The translations under genes were made by a program, and so were the position numbers. A stretch of 64,000 nucleotides of DNA from Oligoflexia bacterium (GTDB lineage: Bacteria; Bdellovibrionota; UBA1018): contig JAYTHP010000175.1 in the NCBI GenBank assembly GCA_043732485.1, positions 63 through 64,062 on the forward strand. The letters are read 5' to 3'. Under the pieces are notes generated by a model, which was not told the DNA's origin, made no database searches, and was given only the letters and a program-made list of their open reading frames with translations. Positions 47,649 through 58,311 of this stretch are shown here, one piece after another. Position 1 is the first letter of the stretch, and each line of letters begins with the position of its first letter.

Positions 47649-50600
47649 TTACTCTAAAACATCCTTTTGCTCAAAGATCGCAAACAAGCTATAGCAACAG
47701 GGCACCACAAAGAGCGTTAAAAAGGTCGAGGCAATCACCCCGCCAATCAGCGCCGTGGCCATTGGGATCGTGGTTTCTGAGCCAGGCCCCAGCGACAGAG
47801 CTTCAGGCAAGGCGCCTGCCACCGTGGCAGCTGAGGTCATGAGAATGGGACGTAGCCTGACCGGGCAGGCTTTGAGGAGCGCTTCTCGCACGGAGTGACC
47901 TTCCAGCCGCATTTGGTTGGTAAAGTCGACTAAAAGGATCGAGTTTTTCTTCACAATCCCCATCAGCAAAATGAAGCCAATCATACTGTACATGTTGATT
48001 GATTGATGCCCGAGCCATAAGCCGATAAAAGCCCCTGAGATACTAAACGGCAAGGCCATGAGCACAGTGACGGGGTGCACGAAGCTATTAAACTGCGAAG
48101 CTAGTACCATGTAGGAGACCAGGATCCCGAGGAGAAGTGCTACCAGTAGACTTTGAAAGGACTCGCGAAAGCTTTGCGAACTGCCGGTCATTTTTAACAA
48201 AAACCCGGGTGGCAGTAACGAGCGGGCAAGCTTTTCCACTTTTTGTAGGGCCTCTTGTTGCGAGACGCCTGGGGCCGGATTGGCGTAAACGGTGATGGCG
48301 CGCACCCGGTTGAGGCGGGAAATCAGCATGAGACTGGGTTCGGAGGTTTCATGCACCAGTGCGGATAAAGGCACGGTTTCGCCGCGGTTATTGCGGACGC
48401 GCACTTGCTGCAAATCGACGATCTGGCTGCGGTCCTTGGCCACGAGTCTCAGTTCGATTTCGTAGCGATGGCGGCCCTTTTGATACTCGTTTTGCCCCAC
48501 CAGGATCGCACCGCCCAACAGCGAATTAATGACGCTAGTCACCGCTTTGAGACTCACCCCGTGGGCTGCAAGTTTTTTGCGATCGGGAATGATCTGCACT
48601 TCAGGCATCCCGGCTTGCACGTCGGTGTTCACATCCGTGACAGTACCTGAGGCTTTCATCTTCTCGATCATCAGTTGGGTGACCCCCATCAGCTGTTGCC
48701 AATGCGAGCCTTGCACGATGAACTCGACTGGAAACCCGCGCGAAGCGGCAAACCCGCGCATCGATAAGTCTTGCACGACAATCTCCGCGCCTGGCCACCC
48801 CTGCTTGAGTTGCTTGCGCAACACCTTGGCAAACTCGTTTTGGCTGATCTTGCGCACCTCTGGATCCTTCAGCGTTAAAAAGGCCGTCCCTTGATTCACG
48901 GCGTCGCCCCCAAAACCACCCACGACGCTAAAGATACCCTCCACCTCTCTTAGGGTAAGCAGGTGGGTTTCAACCTGCTGCATCACGCCGTCGGTTTGCT
49001 CAATGGACGAGCCGACTGGCAACTTAAAGCGCAGCAGCAAGAGCGATTGATCTTGGAGCGGCATCATTTCGGAAGGCAAAAGCTTGGCAATCCTCAAACT
49101 CGCCGCAAAAAACATCAGGGTTACGGCAAGCGTTAGCACGCGGTGCCGCAACAGCACGGCCAAAATCCGCAAGTAGAGGTGACTTAAGCGCGCAAAAAAT
49201 CGATCCACCGCCTGCGACCACTGCCAACCCCGCAGCTTGCCTCCCGCATCTGGGCTCGTCGTCGGGTGACTGGTGACGCTTAAAAACCGCGCGCAACGCA
49301 TCGGCGTGAGTGTGAGCGCCTCAAGCAGCGAGAGCAGGACTGCGGCTGTGACCGTTACCCCGAATTGCAAGAAATAGCGACCAATAATCCCTTTCATGAA
49401 GACCACCGGCAAGAAGATCGCCACCACCGCCAGGGTGGCAGCGAGTGCCGCAAAGCTGATTTCTTCTGCTCCCTTTAACGCCGCCTGACGCTTCGAGAAA
49501 CCCAGCTCCCGGTAACGCACAATGTTCTCTAACATCATAATGGCATCATCCACGACGATGCCGATGGCCAGACTTAAGCCCAGCAAGGTAAAGGTATTGA
49601 GCGTGAAATGGAAGGCGTAAAAGACAATAAAAGTGCCAATAATGGAGGTAGGGATGGCTAAAACCACGTTAATCGTTGAGCTCAGCGAACCTAAAAAGAG
49701 ATAACACACCACCGACGTGAGTAGGGCTGATAAGCTCAGGGTAAAGATCAGTTGCTTGACTGATTTTTTGATAAAAACGGTATTGTCCGAACGAATCGCC
49801 AGATGAAAAGGGGCTTTTAACAACGGTTTGAGCTGACTGACCTTCGCGCGAATAAGATTGGCCACCTCCACAGCATTCGAGCCGTGCTGTTTGATCAAGC
49901 CCAAACCGACCGTGCGCACCCCGTCTAAACGGCATTTGCGGCGGACATCGCTTAAGCCCTCTTCGATAGTGGCCACCTGATCCAAACGAATCGGCTTACT
50001 GCTTGCCCCAAACTGCAGCCGCTGATGAATCGTCAGCCTTCCGAAGCTCTCAGGCGATCTGGCCTCTCCCAGCGTCCGTACGAACCACTCTTGATCGTGA
50101 TTGTGCAGCAAGCCTGCTGGCACCTCAATTTGCTCCTGCTGAATCGCACTCAGCACGTCCTCGGCCGTTAAATTGAAATCCTTCAGTCGCTGATTGCTGG
50201 TCCAGACTCTTAAAGCAGGCTCGACGTAACCCCCTAAGATAATGTTCCCGACGCCTGTAATGCTACTAAATTGACCATACAAGTCGTTACGCGCGTAGTT
50301 CATTAAATCAATGGGTAAAGTACTTGGATCAGCGCTTGTGACGCCTAACCACATGATCGGCTGATCTTCTGGGTTGGTCTTGCGCAAGGTGGGCGGTCGC
50401 AGGTTCAGGGGGAGTAAGTTACTGACTTGATTGATCTTATTTTGAATCGCTTGCATAGCGATATCGATATTTTGGTTGACCTCAAACTCAACTGAGACGC
50501 TGCCTGAGCTTTGCTGGGCCGTGGAGTTGATGCTGCGAATGCCCCCTAACTCCATGATGGCATCTTCCACAGGATCAAGCACCTGCGCTTCGATGACCTC

Positions 50601-50768
50601 AGGCGCTGCGCCGCTCAGTGAAAACGACACACTGACCACCGGAAAATCGACATCCGGCAGCAAACTCACTCCCAGGCGCCCAAACGAGATGCCCCCAAAG
50701 ACGAAGAGGGCTGCCATCAGCATCCAGGCAAAAACCGGACGGCGGATCGCTAGACTCGGTAAACTCAT
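47649..50768 (-). CDS. RND efflux transporter permease (AcrB/MdtC-like), second of a tandem pair
   Basis: MSLPSLAIRRPVFAWMLMAALFVFGG. It has about 1039 aa with the 12-TM RND layout and the conserved GLSLAIGIVVDDAIMMLENI block. Its ATG overlaps the upstream RND stop (ATGA). Confidence 0.9.
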   Translation of the reverse strand: MSLPSLAIRRPVFAWMLMAALFVFGGISFGRLGVSLLPDVDFPVVSVSFSLSGAAPEVIEAQVLDPVEDAIMELGGIRSINSTAQQSSGSVSVEFEVNQNIDIAMQAIQNKINQVSNLLPLNLRPPTLRKTNPEDQPIMWLGVTSADPSTLPIDLMNYARNDLYGQFSSITGVGNIILGGYVEPALRVWTSNQRLKDFNLTAEDVLSAIQQEQIEVPAGLLHNHDQEWFVRTLGEARSPESFGRLTIHQRLQFGASSKPIRLDQVATIEEGLSDVRRKCRLDGVRTVGLGLIKQHGSNAVEVANLIRAKVSQLKPLLKAPFHLAIRSDNTVFIKKSVKQLIFTLSLSALLTSVVCYLFLGSLSSTINVVLAIPTSIIGTFIVFYAFHFTLNTFTLLGLSLAIGIVVDDAIMMLENIVRYRELGFSKRQAALKGAEEISFAALAATLAVVAIFLPVVFMKGIIGRYFLQFGVTVTAAVLLSLLEALTLTPMRCARFLSVTSHPTTSPDAGGKLRGWQWSQAVDRFFARLSHLYLRILAVLLRHRVLTLAVTLMFFAASLRIAKLLPSEMMPLQDQSLLLLRFKLPVGSSIEQTDGVMQQVETHLLTLREVEGIFSVVGGFGGDAVNQGTAFLTLKDPEVRKISQNEFAKVLRKQLKQGWPGAEIVVQDLSMRGFAASRGFPVEFIVQGSHWQQLMGVTQLMIEKMKASGTVTDVNTDVQAGMPEVQIIPDRKKLAAHGVSLKAVTSVINSLLGGAILVGQNEYQKGRHRYEIELRLVAKDRSQIVDLQQVRVRNNRGETVPLSALVHETSEPSLMLISRLNRVRAITVYANPAPGVSQQEALQKVEKLARSLLPPGFLLKMTGSSQSFRESFQSLLVALLLGILVSYMVLASQFNSFVHPVTVLMALPFSISGAFIGLWLGHQSINMYSMIGFILLMGIVKKNSILLVDFTNQMRLEGHSVREALLKACPVRLRPILMTSAATVAGALPEALSLGPGSETTIPMATALIGGVIASTFLTLFVVPCCYSLFAIFEQKDVLE

Positions 50769-53700
50769 ACGGGCGAGCCACCAGCGACGCCGACAACGCC
50801 ACCAACCACCGATGGCTCGCCACTTTCTAGCGCGCTTTCCGGTCGCTCCCACACCGTCAGTAAGCTATAGACGCAAGGCACGACAAACAGCGTCAGAAAG
50901 GTCGAGAGCGACACCCCGCCTATCATCGCCACCGCCATCGGGATGCGCGCCTCCGCCCCTGCACCAAAATTAAAGGCCTCAGGCAAGGCCCCGACAATGG
51001 TGGCAAGCGAGGTCATGAGAATCGGGCGCAGCCTGATCGGGCAGGCCTCAAGCAGCGCGGCCTCAGGCGTCATCCCGGCCTCTCGTTTTTGATTCGTAAA
51101 ATCCACCAGCAAAATCGAGTTCTTCTTGACGATCCCCATCAGCAAGACCAACCCAATCAGACTGTACAAGCTCAACGATTGATGGGTCAGCGCCAAGGCA
51201 ATGAGCGCGCCTGAGAGACTAAAAGGCAAGGCAGTCAGCACGGTGAAGGGGTGTAAAAAGCTGTTAAACTGCGAGGCTAAGACCATGTACGAGACCACAA
51301 GCCCTAAGATTAACGCAAAAAACAGGCTTGAAAAGGTCTCTTGAAAGGCTGCCGTTCCCCCGCTCAGGCGGATCTGGTAGCCTGGGGGTAGGATTTTTTC
51401 AGCAAGCGCCACCACCTGCTGAATGGCCGCTTGTTGCGATTGCCCCTCAGCCACATTGGCAAACACCGGAATGGCCCGTGCCCGGTTGACCCGCGAAATC
51501 AACTGAAAACCTTTAGTTGACACCAAGCTTGCCGCTTGCAACAAGGGCACCAGCTCGCCTACCGTCCCACGGTCATTGCGCACCCGCACCGCTTTTAAGG
51601 ACTCGGGCGAGGAATGATCCTCAGGCTCCGAGCGCACCCGAATCGAATAGCGATGCCCACCTTTGGGATACTGGGTGGCGGCGTTAAAAATCTGACCACC
51701 GATCGTATAAGCCACCTCCTGACCCAAAGCGGCAACACTCACCCCGCGCGCGCCCGCTCGCAGCCGATCCGGCACGATGTGCACTTCCGGCATGTCGTCT
51801 TGATAATCGCGGTTCAGATCCTCCAAAAACCCAGTCGCTGCCAGTTGCTCCAAAAGCTGATCGGTGTAGACCTTCAAGTGCTCCCAATCCGGGCCCTCGA
51901 CGGTAAACTCCACCGGGAATCCCCTGGAAGCACTCAGCCCGGTGAGCGATAAATCTTGGGTAAAAAGCGTTAAGTGCGGGAAGCGGTGGCGTAACTCAGT
52001 GCGGGTCTGTTGCATCACTTCTTGCTGCGTCAGGGTTCGCGCGGTGCTAGGCTTTAAAATGACATAAATCACCCCCGCATTGACGACATTGTTGTTCTGA
52101 TAATTGCCAATCGTCGTGTACAAGTCTAAGACTTCCGGACGCTTACACAACTCGGCTTCCACCTGACGAAACGCTTCGTCGGTGGCTTGAATGGCGGTTC
52201 CAACTTTGGTTTTTACTACTAGCAGGAACAAGGATTGATCTTGGGGCGGAATCAACTCCTTGCGCAAAAAACCCACCAACACCATCGAGCCGCAAAAGAG
52301 GGCAAGCGCCAACCCGACTAACTTTAAGCGATGAGCCAGCACCGTGCGCAAGGAGCGGGCGTAAGCGCGCGTGAGTTGCTCCATTGCGCGCTCCATCCAG
52401 CGATTGACACCACTCAGACCGCCGCCGCCTGCGCCGCCTCCATGCGAAGACTGTAAAAAGCGGGCACAACGCATCGGGGTGAGCGTTAAAGCTTCCAGCA
52501 GCGATAAAAAAACCGCCACCGTCACCGTGATCCCGTACTGATAAAAGAATTGCCCGACCACGCCTTTGAGGAAAATCACCGGAACGAAAATGGCCGCAAT
52601 CGCAAGCGTCGTGGCAATGGCCGCAAAGGTGATCTCCTCTGAGCCCTCCAGGGCCGCCTGTCTGCGGGTTTTCCCCATATCAAAATGCCGTACGATGTTT
52701 TCTAGCATCATGATCGCGTCGTCCACCACAATGCCAATAGCTAAACTCAAGCCTAGCAAGGTGAAGGTGTTCAAGGTGAAGCCAAAAAAGTAGAGTGCAA
52801 TGAACGCCCCGACAATCGAGGTCGGGATGGCGAGCAAGACATTGAAAGTCGAGGACCAAGACCCCAAGAACAACAAACACACCACCGAGGTGAGCAAAGC
52901 TGAACCTAAGAGCGCCTGGTTCAACTGATGCACTGAGTCTTGGATAAAGCGGGTGGCATCAAGTTTGACTTCTAAATGGTAGCCTGGGAGCAAACTTTTT
53001 TGCAAACTTTCCACCTGGGCGCGCACCACCTTGCCGACTTCCACGGCATTGGCGCCATGCTGCTTGACCACCCCCAGCCCAACGGCGCTCTTGCCGTTAT
53101 AGCGTGAAATGGCCCTTAAGTCGCCCAGCCCCTCTTCCACCCTGGCCACTTGCTTGAGCAAGACGGGGGCGTAATTCACCCCACCTGCCCGCGAGTTAAT
53201 GCGAATGTTCGAAAAATCAAGCTCGGTATTAGCTTCACCGAGCACCCTGAGGTTGGTCTCCCGGTCGCTAGCCTCAATCCGCCCGGCCGGTTGCTCAATT
53301 TGCTCCAGCGGGATGGCGTTCCAGAGGTCAGACGAGGTCAAATCAAACTGTTTCATCTTCTTGGCGTTCAGCCAGATGCGTAAATTGGGCTCGACATACC
53401 CTGCCAGCACTACGTTCCCCACCCCCGGTAAGGTCGAAAGCTGATTTTTGAAGGTATTGCGCGCCATCATCATCTGCTGATAGCTCGGGATCTCGGGATC
53501 AACCGTCAGCATCACCCACATCAAGGGCTGATCTTCCGGATTAGTCTTAGTGATCACCGGCGGATACAAGGCAGTGGGCAGGCGATTAGCTGACTGATTA
53601 ATGCGGTTTTGCACGTCTTGCAAGGCGACGTTAATGTCCTTGTTCAACTCAAAATTGCAGGTGATATTGGCCGTGCCCTGACTGACACTCGAGCTGACGT

Positions 53701-53935
53701 TACTTAAGCCCTCAATCCCCATCACCGCATCTTCGATCAAATCCACCACGCTAAGCTCCATCACCTCAGGAGCGGCGTTATCCAGTCGCAACGCCACGTT
53801 CACCACCGGGAAATTGACGTCAGGCATCTGACTCATCCCCATCCGCTGAAAGGAGATCCAGCCAAACACCATCAGCCCGAACATCAACATCCAGGCAAAC
53901 ACCGGGCGACGAATCGAAAGGCTTGAAAGACTCAT
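50765..53935 (-). CDS. RND efflux transporter permease (AcrB/MdtB-like), first of a tandem pair
   Basis: MSLSSLSIRRPVFAWMLMFGLMVFGW, 1056 aa, with the same conserved blocks as its partner. Confidence 0.9.
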   Translation of the reverse strand: MSLSSLSIRRPVFAWMLMFGLMVFGWISFQRMGMSQMPDVNFPVVNVALRLDNAAPEVMELSVVDLIEDAVMGIEGLSNVSSSVSQGTANITCNFELNKDINVALQDVQNRINQSANRLPTALYPPVITKTNPEDQPLMWVMLTVDPEIPSYQQMMMARNTFKNQLSTLPGVGNVVLAGYVEPNLRIWLNAKKMKQFDLTSSDLWNAIPLEQIEQPAGRIEASDRETNLRVLGEANTELDFSNIRINSRAGGVNYAPVLLKQVARVEEGLGDLRAISRYNGKSAVGLGVVKQHGANAVEVGKVVRAQVESLQKSLLPGYHLEVKLDATRFIQDSVHQLNQALLGSALLTSVVCLLFLGSWSSTFNVLLAIPTSIVGAFIALYFFGFTLNTFTLLGLSLAIGIVVDDAIMMLENIVRHFDMGKTRRQAALEGSEEITFAAIATTLAIAAIFVPVIFLKGVVGQFFYQYGITVTVAVFLSLLEALTLTPMRCARFLQSSHGGGAGGGGLSGVNRWMERAMEQLTRAYARSLRTVLAHRLKLVGLALALFCGSMVLVGFLRKELIPPQDQSLFLLVVKTKVGTAIQATDEAFRQVEAELCKRPEVLDLYTTIGNYQNNNVVNAGVIYVILKPSTARTLTQQEVMQQTRTELRHRFPHLTLFTQDLSLTGLSASRGFPVEFTVEGPDWEHLKVYTDQLLEQLAATGFLEDLNRDYQDDMPEVHIVPDRLRAGARGVSVAALGQEVAYTIGGQIFNAATQYPKGGHRYSIRVRSEPEDHSSPESLKAVRVRNDRGTVGELVPLLQAASLVSTKGFQLISRVNRARAIPVFANVAEGQSQQAAIQQVVALAEKILPPGYQIRLSGGTAAFQETFSSLFFALILGLVVSYMVLASQFNSFLHPFTVLTALPFSLSGALIALALTHQSLSLYSLIGLVLLMGIVKKNSILLVDFTNQKREAGMTPEAALLEACPIRLRPILMTSLATIVGALPEAFNFGAGAEARIPMAVAMIGGVSLSTFLTLFVVPCVYSLLTVWERPESALESGEPSVVGGVVGVAGGSPV

Positions 53936-54005
53936 GAACGTTTTAACCCCACTTTTTTAGGCCCCGGATCAAGCAAACCCCCCGCCTCCACGTTGCCAGG
54001 CCGCC

Positions 54006-55406
54006 TCACCAAAACAGACCCTCACGATGCCTAAGGCCATCGGTCACCTCCCGGGCATAAGCCGCACTGGCAGTCGCGTCTGAAGACACCGCAGGCATCC
54101 GTCCAACCGCACTCTCCAGGTTCACCCAATCCAGTTTCACTTGCCAGCCGATCTTGCTCATCGCTCGCACACTGTCTTGAAAGGAGGCAAGCGCCGTTAA
54201 GACGTTAAAGTGCGCCACTAACCCCAAACAAAACTCGCGTAACAGCTCCGCATAGTTCTTTTTTGCAGCCTGCACCTGAAGACCATACGCCCGGTATTGC
54301 GCCTGATCGGCACGCAAGGTGCGATAAGTGCTCTTAATCTGTGCTGCCGCTTGCACCTCGGTTTGGCTCAAGGCCATGAGACTTTGCCGCTCCGCCGCCG
54401 TAGCCGCCCGCACTTTTGACATCACGCTGCCCCAGCTAAAAATGGGCATCGTGACGGTGAGCGACAGATCCCAGTGAATTCCCGCTAACGACGGGATGGA
54501 TCGCTCTAAATAGTAATTGGCCACAAAGTTGACCTGCGGCAGGTGACTGGCCCTCGCCATAACGATTGACTCATAGCTCAGATCAGCCAAAATGCGGTTG
54601 ACCGCCAAATCCGGCCGTCCCCCTCGTTGAGCCAAATAAGTTTCAATCGGTGCAGGGGTGAGGGGCATCGGTGAATCATCCACCAGCTTGCTTTCAGGTG
54701 CAAGACCGGTTAACGCCTCGAAGTTCTCGCGTCCCGCTTCGATTTGCCCACGAATCTGCTCCTCACTCGCTCGTAACGCCGCCGTCGAGGACTGAGCGGT
54801 CAAGACGTCGCTCAGCTGCGAGCGGCCGATCCTGACCCGCTGCTTTAAGTCAGCAATTTGAGCGTCAAAAGACGCGATTTCTGCCTGGAGATTCTTTAAG
54901 TCTTGCTCTGCCGAAAGGATGCTAAAAAAGCTTGCAGCCACGCTGCCGTAAACCGTCAGCTCAGTCTGCTGTTTCGTCATCTTCTGGTTTTCCAACTGCA
55001 ACCGCGCCTGCCTGATCCCAGCGTAATCGGCAAAACCCTGAAAAACAGGCTGTGTGAGCGTCAATTGCAAGGTGCGCTGGCTTGAGGGTGACACCTGGCT
55101 GCCAATGGTGCTGTTGGGCTCCGCCTGCTGCCTAAACTTCCCCAGCCCGCTAATCGTCGGCAAGAGCGCCAAAATACTCTGATGCGTCACCTCTTGCGCC
55201 TGATTCACCACCTCTTGCTGCAGCAAAAGTGACCGATTGAACTCTTTGGCCGCCGCAAACGCCTGCTCAAGATTCACCGTAAGCAACTGAGACGGGTCTT
55301 TCTGGTCTCCTTGCTCTATCCGCTCATGAGCACCGGCTGAGAGACTGAGCACTAGCGCCAGTCCCCCGCAAACCAAGCTTGCACGCCTTCCCTCAAGAGA
55401 CCGCAT
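54006..55406 (-). CDS. TolC-family outer-membrane efflux protein
   Basis: The signal peptide from the internal Met is MRSLEGRRASLVCGGLALVLSLSAGA. Two repeated coiled-coil/beta halves follow (NRSLLLQQEVVNQAQ..., DLKNLQAEIASFDAQIADLKQRV). Confidence 0.85.
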   Translation of the reverse strand: MRSLEGRRASLVCGGLALVLSLSAGAHERIEQGDQKDPSQLLTVNLEQAFAAAKEFNRSLLLQQEVVNQAQEVTHQSILALLPTISGLGKFRQQAEPNSTIGSQVSPSSQRTLQLTLTQPVFQGFADYAGIRQARLQLENQKMTKQQTELTVYGSVAASFFSILSAEQDLKNLQAEIASFDAQIADLKQRVRIGRSQLSDVLTAQSSTAALRASEEQIRGQIEAGRENFEALTGLAPESKLVDDSPMPLTPAPIETYLAQRGGRPDLAVNRILADLSYESIVMARASHLPQVNFVANYYLERSIPSLAGIHWDLSLTVTMPIFSWGSVMSKVRAATAAERQSLMALSQTEVQAAAQIKSTYRTLRADQAQYRAYGLQVQAAKKNYAELLREFCLGLVAHFNVLTALASFQDSVRAMSKIGWQVKLDWVNLESAVGRMPAVSSDATASAAYAREVTDGLRHREGLFW

Positions 55407-55888
55407 AACTTGCGGCCCTAACACCAGGCGCACCGCCCTTGACGGAGCCCACCCGAACACTCTCCAGATCATGGATGCTTTTAGGTCCATAGTTTTGTCG
55501 ATTTTCCTTTTTTTTCAGGCTAAAAATGCTTTTTTGCTTCAAAGACGAAAGCAAAAAGCCAAAGCGGGAGCAGATTACATGATGAACTCTTTGAGAGCAC
55601 ACTTTCGGATGTTTTGCGGGGTGTTGCCCCGCGGCGTCTAGGCCCAGCCCCGATCTGAACTCAAGCAAAGATTGGGGCTAGCCACCAGACACCCCAACCT
55701 CACGTGCCCAATTCCAAAGCCCCAAAGCTGGTTTCTCACGTTTGCTGTTCACTTTTTTTAGGCCGTCTTACCCCTTGATTTTAGAAGAAAAAAAAAGGGC
55801 TGTAAAGTTATTTGCAGAATAATACTTTATTTTCTGCTACCAGTCTCTTATACTCAAAGGAAAAACCCCTATTTGTAAGAAAGCAGGA

Positions 55889-56830
55889 ATGATGCGTCGA
55901 CCTAAAATTTCCATTATCGGAGCTGGCTTTGTTGGTTCAACTTGTGCTCATTGGGCGGCAAGTAAAGAACTGGGGGACCTGGTCTTAATCGATCTGAACG
56001 GCGAAGTGGCCCAAGGCAAGGCGCTCGACCTTTTTGAGGCCTCCCCGGTGGAAGGGTTTAACTGCCGCATTCAAGGTGGCAGCGACTATGCCCTGACCAG
56101 CGACTCCGACGTGGTGATACTCACCGCAGGGCTTCCGCGCAAGCCTGGCATGAGTCGCGATGATTTGTTGGCCACCAACTCGAAGATCGTCCATGAGTGC
56201 GCCAAACAGGCTGCCCACTATTCACCGCAAGCCGTGCTCTTGGTCGTGAGTAACCCGCTCGACGCCATGTGCCATGTCGCTTTGAAGGCTTCGGGATTCA
56301 CCAGTGAGCGCGTGATTGGGATGGCAGGCATTTTAGATAGCGCCCGGTTTCGCAGCTTTATCGCAGCCGAGCTGAACGTCAGCGTGGAAGATGTGCAAGC
56401 CTTTGTCTTTGGTGGTCACGGCGACACGATGGTGCCGATGCCTCGGTATGTGTCAGTCGGAGGCATTCCTCTCACGCAATTGCTGGCTGCTTCCAAAATT
56501 GAAGAAATTGTGACTCGTACCCGCAAAGGGGGCGCAGAAATTGTCAACCTGCTGAAGACGGGCTCAGCCTATTACGCGCCTGCAGCCAGCGCCGTGCAGA
56601 TGGCCGAAGCAATCATTCGCGATAAGCGCCGTTACTTGCCTTGTGCCGTCTACCTGAAAGGGGAATACGGGGTTCAGGGTCTTTACTGCGGAGTGATTGC
56701 CCAGCTCGGTGCCGGCGGGATTGTGAGCATTCCGAAGCTGGAGCTTAACGACGCGGAAAAGAAAATGTTTACTTCCTCAGCCGCCGCGGTCCAGGAGTTA
56801 GTAGACGCGATGCAAAAACTGGGCGTCTAG
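55889..56830 (+). CDS. mdh: Malate dehydrogenase (LDH-like type)
   Basis: KISIIGAGFVGSTCAHW, AGLPRKPGMSRDDL and GGHGDTMVP are present. Confidence 0.95.
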   Translation: MMRRPKISIIGAGFVGSTCAHWAASKELGDLVLIDLNGEVAQGKALDLFEASPVEGFNCRIQGGSDYALTSDSDVVILTAGLPRKPGMSRDDLLATNSKIVHECAKQAAHYSPQAVLLVVSNPLDAMCHVALKASGFTSERVIGMAGILDSARFRSFIAAELNVSVEDVQAFVFGGHGDTMVPMPRYVSVGGIPLTQLLAASKIEEIVTRTRKGGAEIVNLLKTGSAYYAPAASAVQMAEAIIRDKRRYLPCAVYLKGEYGVQGLYCGVIAQLGAGGIVSIPKLELNDAEKKMFTSSAAAVQELVDAMQKLGV

Positions 56831-57012
56831 GCTTTTTTTGGTTGCACCCTCAGCCGACCTGACGGTAGACCTAAACCGCAACCCCTTTCCTCAAGCGCTT
56901 TTGACGCCTCGGTGCTCCTGCTTGCCGGTGGCTTGTGGGTAAAACGACAAGACCTAAAAAAGCGCCCAAAACCGATTCGCTCAACCCTCAGTTAGAAAGA
57001 GAGACCTTCCCA

Positions 57013-58206
57013 GTGAACATTCACGAATACCAGGCCAAGCAAAAACTTAGTGAATTTGGCGTCCCGGTTCCCACGGGTCGCCTGATTGAGGAAGGACCTC
57101 AAGTGGCAGCCGCAGCGCTAGCTGCTGCGGAAAGCTTAGCAGCCGAGCGCCACAATGCAGTTTGGGTGGTAAAGGCACAAATTCATGCAGGCGGTCGCGG
57201 TAAGGCAGGCGGCGTCAAATTATGTCGCACGCCCGCTGAAGTACAAGCCGCAGCCACGGCGATGATGGGGCAAGTCTTGGTGACGCCGCAGACCGGTCCG
57301 CAAGGTAAGCAAGTGCACCGGATCTGGATTGAAGAGGGGTCTGACATTGCCCGTGAGTTGTACTTAGGGATCGTCATTGACCGCGCGCTGTCGCAAGTCG
57401 TGATGATGGCTTCGACGGAAGGGGGTATGGAAATTGAGGAAGTGGCAGCCACGCACCCGGAAAAGATCATTAAAGTAGCCATTGACCCCACCACAGGCTA
57501 CCTGCCGTTTCACGGTCGCAAAATGGCGCAGGCCTTGCAGCTGACGCCCGCACAAACTAAGCAAGCCGTGCCGCTATTTGGCGCGCTCTATCGCTGCTTC
57601 CTGGAATCCGATTGCTCGCTGATTGAAATTAACCCCTTGATTGTCACCAAGCAAGATCAGCTGATTGCGCTAGATGCCAAGTTCAATTTTGATGATAACG
57701 CGCTGTTTCGTCATCCAGAGATCGTCAAAATGCGCGATTTTGCAGAGGAAAACCCGCAAGACGTGGAAGCCTCAAAGTTTGAATTAGCCTACATTGCGTT
57801 AGACGGCACGATTGGTTGCCTGGTCAACGGAGCGGGCCTAGCGATGGCGACGATGGACATCATTAAACTGCACGGCGGTGAGCCTGCCAACTTTTTAGAC
57901 GTTGGCGGCGGCGCTTCGAAGGAAAAAGTGGCCCACGCCTTTAAGATCATCTTGAAAGATCCGAAGGTGAAGGCCATCTTAGTCAACATTTTTGGTGGGA
58001 TCATGAAATGCGATGTCATTGCCGAAGGGATCCTGGCTGCGGCCCAAGAGCTGGCTTTAAAGGTTCCGCTGGTGGTGCGGTTACAAGGCACGAACGTGGC
58101 AGAAGGAAAAGCGATCCTGGCCAACTCGACCTTGAAAATCATCTCAGCCGACGGGTTAGCCGATGCCGCCCAGCGCGTGGTGGCTGCCGCCCAAAGCGCG
58201 CATTAA
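57013..58206 (+). CDS. sucC: Succinate--CoA ligase (ADP-forming) subunit beta
   Basis: A GTG start at 57013 gives (M)[19 protein letters not shown], and the [10 protein letters not shown] block is also present. The ORF-track ATG at 56935 adds a non-conserved 26-aa leader. Confidence 0.95.
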   Translation: MNIHEYQAKQKLSEFGVPVPTGRLIEEGPQVAAAALAAAESLAAERHNAVWVVKAQIHAGGRGKAGGVKLCRTPAEVQAAATAMMGQVLVTPQTGPQGKQVHRIWIEEGSDIARELYLGIVIDRALSQVVMMASTEGGMEIEEVAATHPEKIIKVAIDPTTGYLPFHGRKMAQALQLTPAQTKQAVPLFGALYRCFLESDCSLIEINPLIVTKQDQLIALDAKFNFDDNALFRHPEIVKMRDFAEENPQDVEASKFELAYIALDGTIGCLVNGAGLAMATMDIIKLHGGEPANFLDVGGGASKEKVAHAFKIILKDPKVKAILVNIFGGIMKCDVIAEGILAAAQELALKVPLVVRLQGTNVAEGKAILANSTLKIISADGLADAAQRVVAAAQSAH

Positions 58207-58311
58207 AAGCGCCCCAAAAAAACATCAACGAACGAGGTCAGATTTTCGGCTTGTTTGGTTCGTCAACGACAACGAAAACTACCCCCACACAGAAAGAAGA
58301 CACAAACACAC

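Noticed and set aside
50769-50852. N-terminal extensions suggested by the ORF track (RND2 to 50852, coaD to 16725, rplT to 38845, sucC from 56935, sucD from 58255, 17766..18560)
   Set aside because: Family-conserved N-termini begin at internal start codons with better RBS spacing or start/stop coupling. The extensions are Arg/Trp-rich or otherwise non-conserved.
55393-55668. 91-aa ORF upstream of or overlapping the TolC start, as a candidate for the missing RND adaptor
   Set aside because: It is far too short, has no lipoyl, beta-barrel or coiled-coil MFP features, and overlaps the TolC N-terminal region in another frame.
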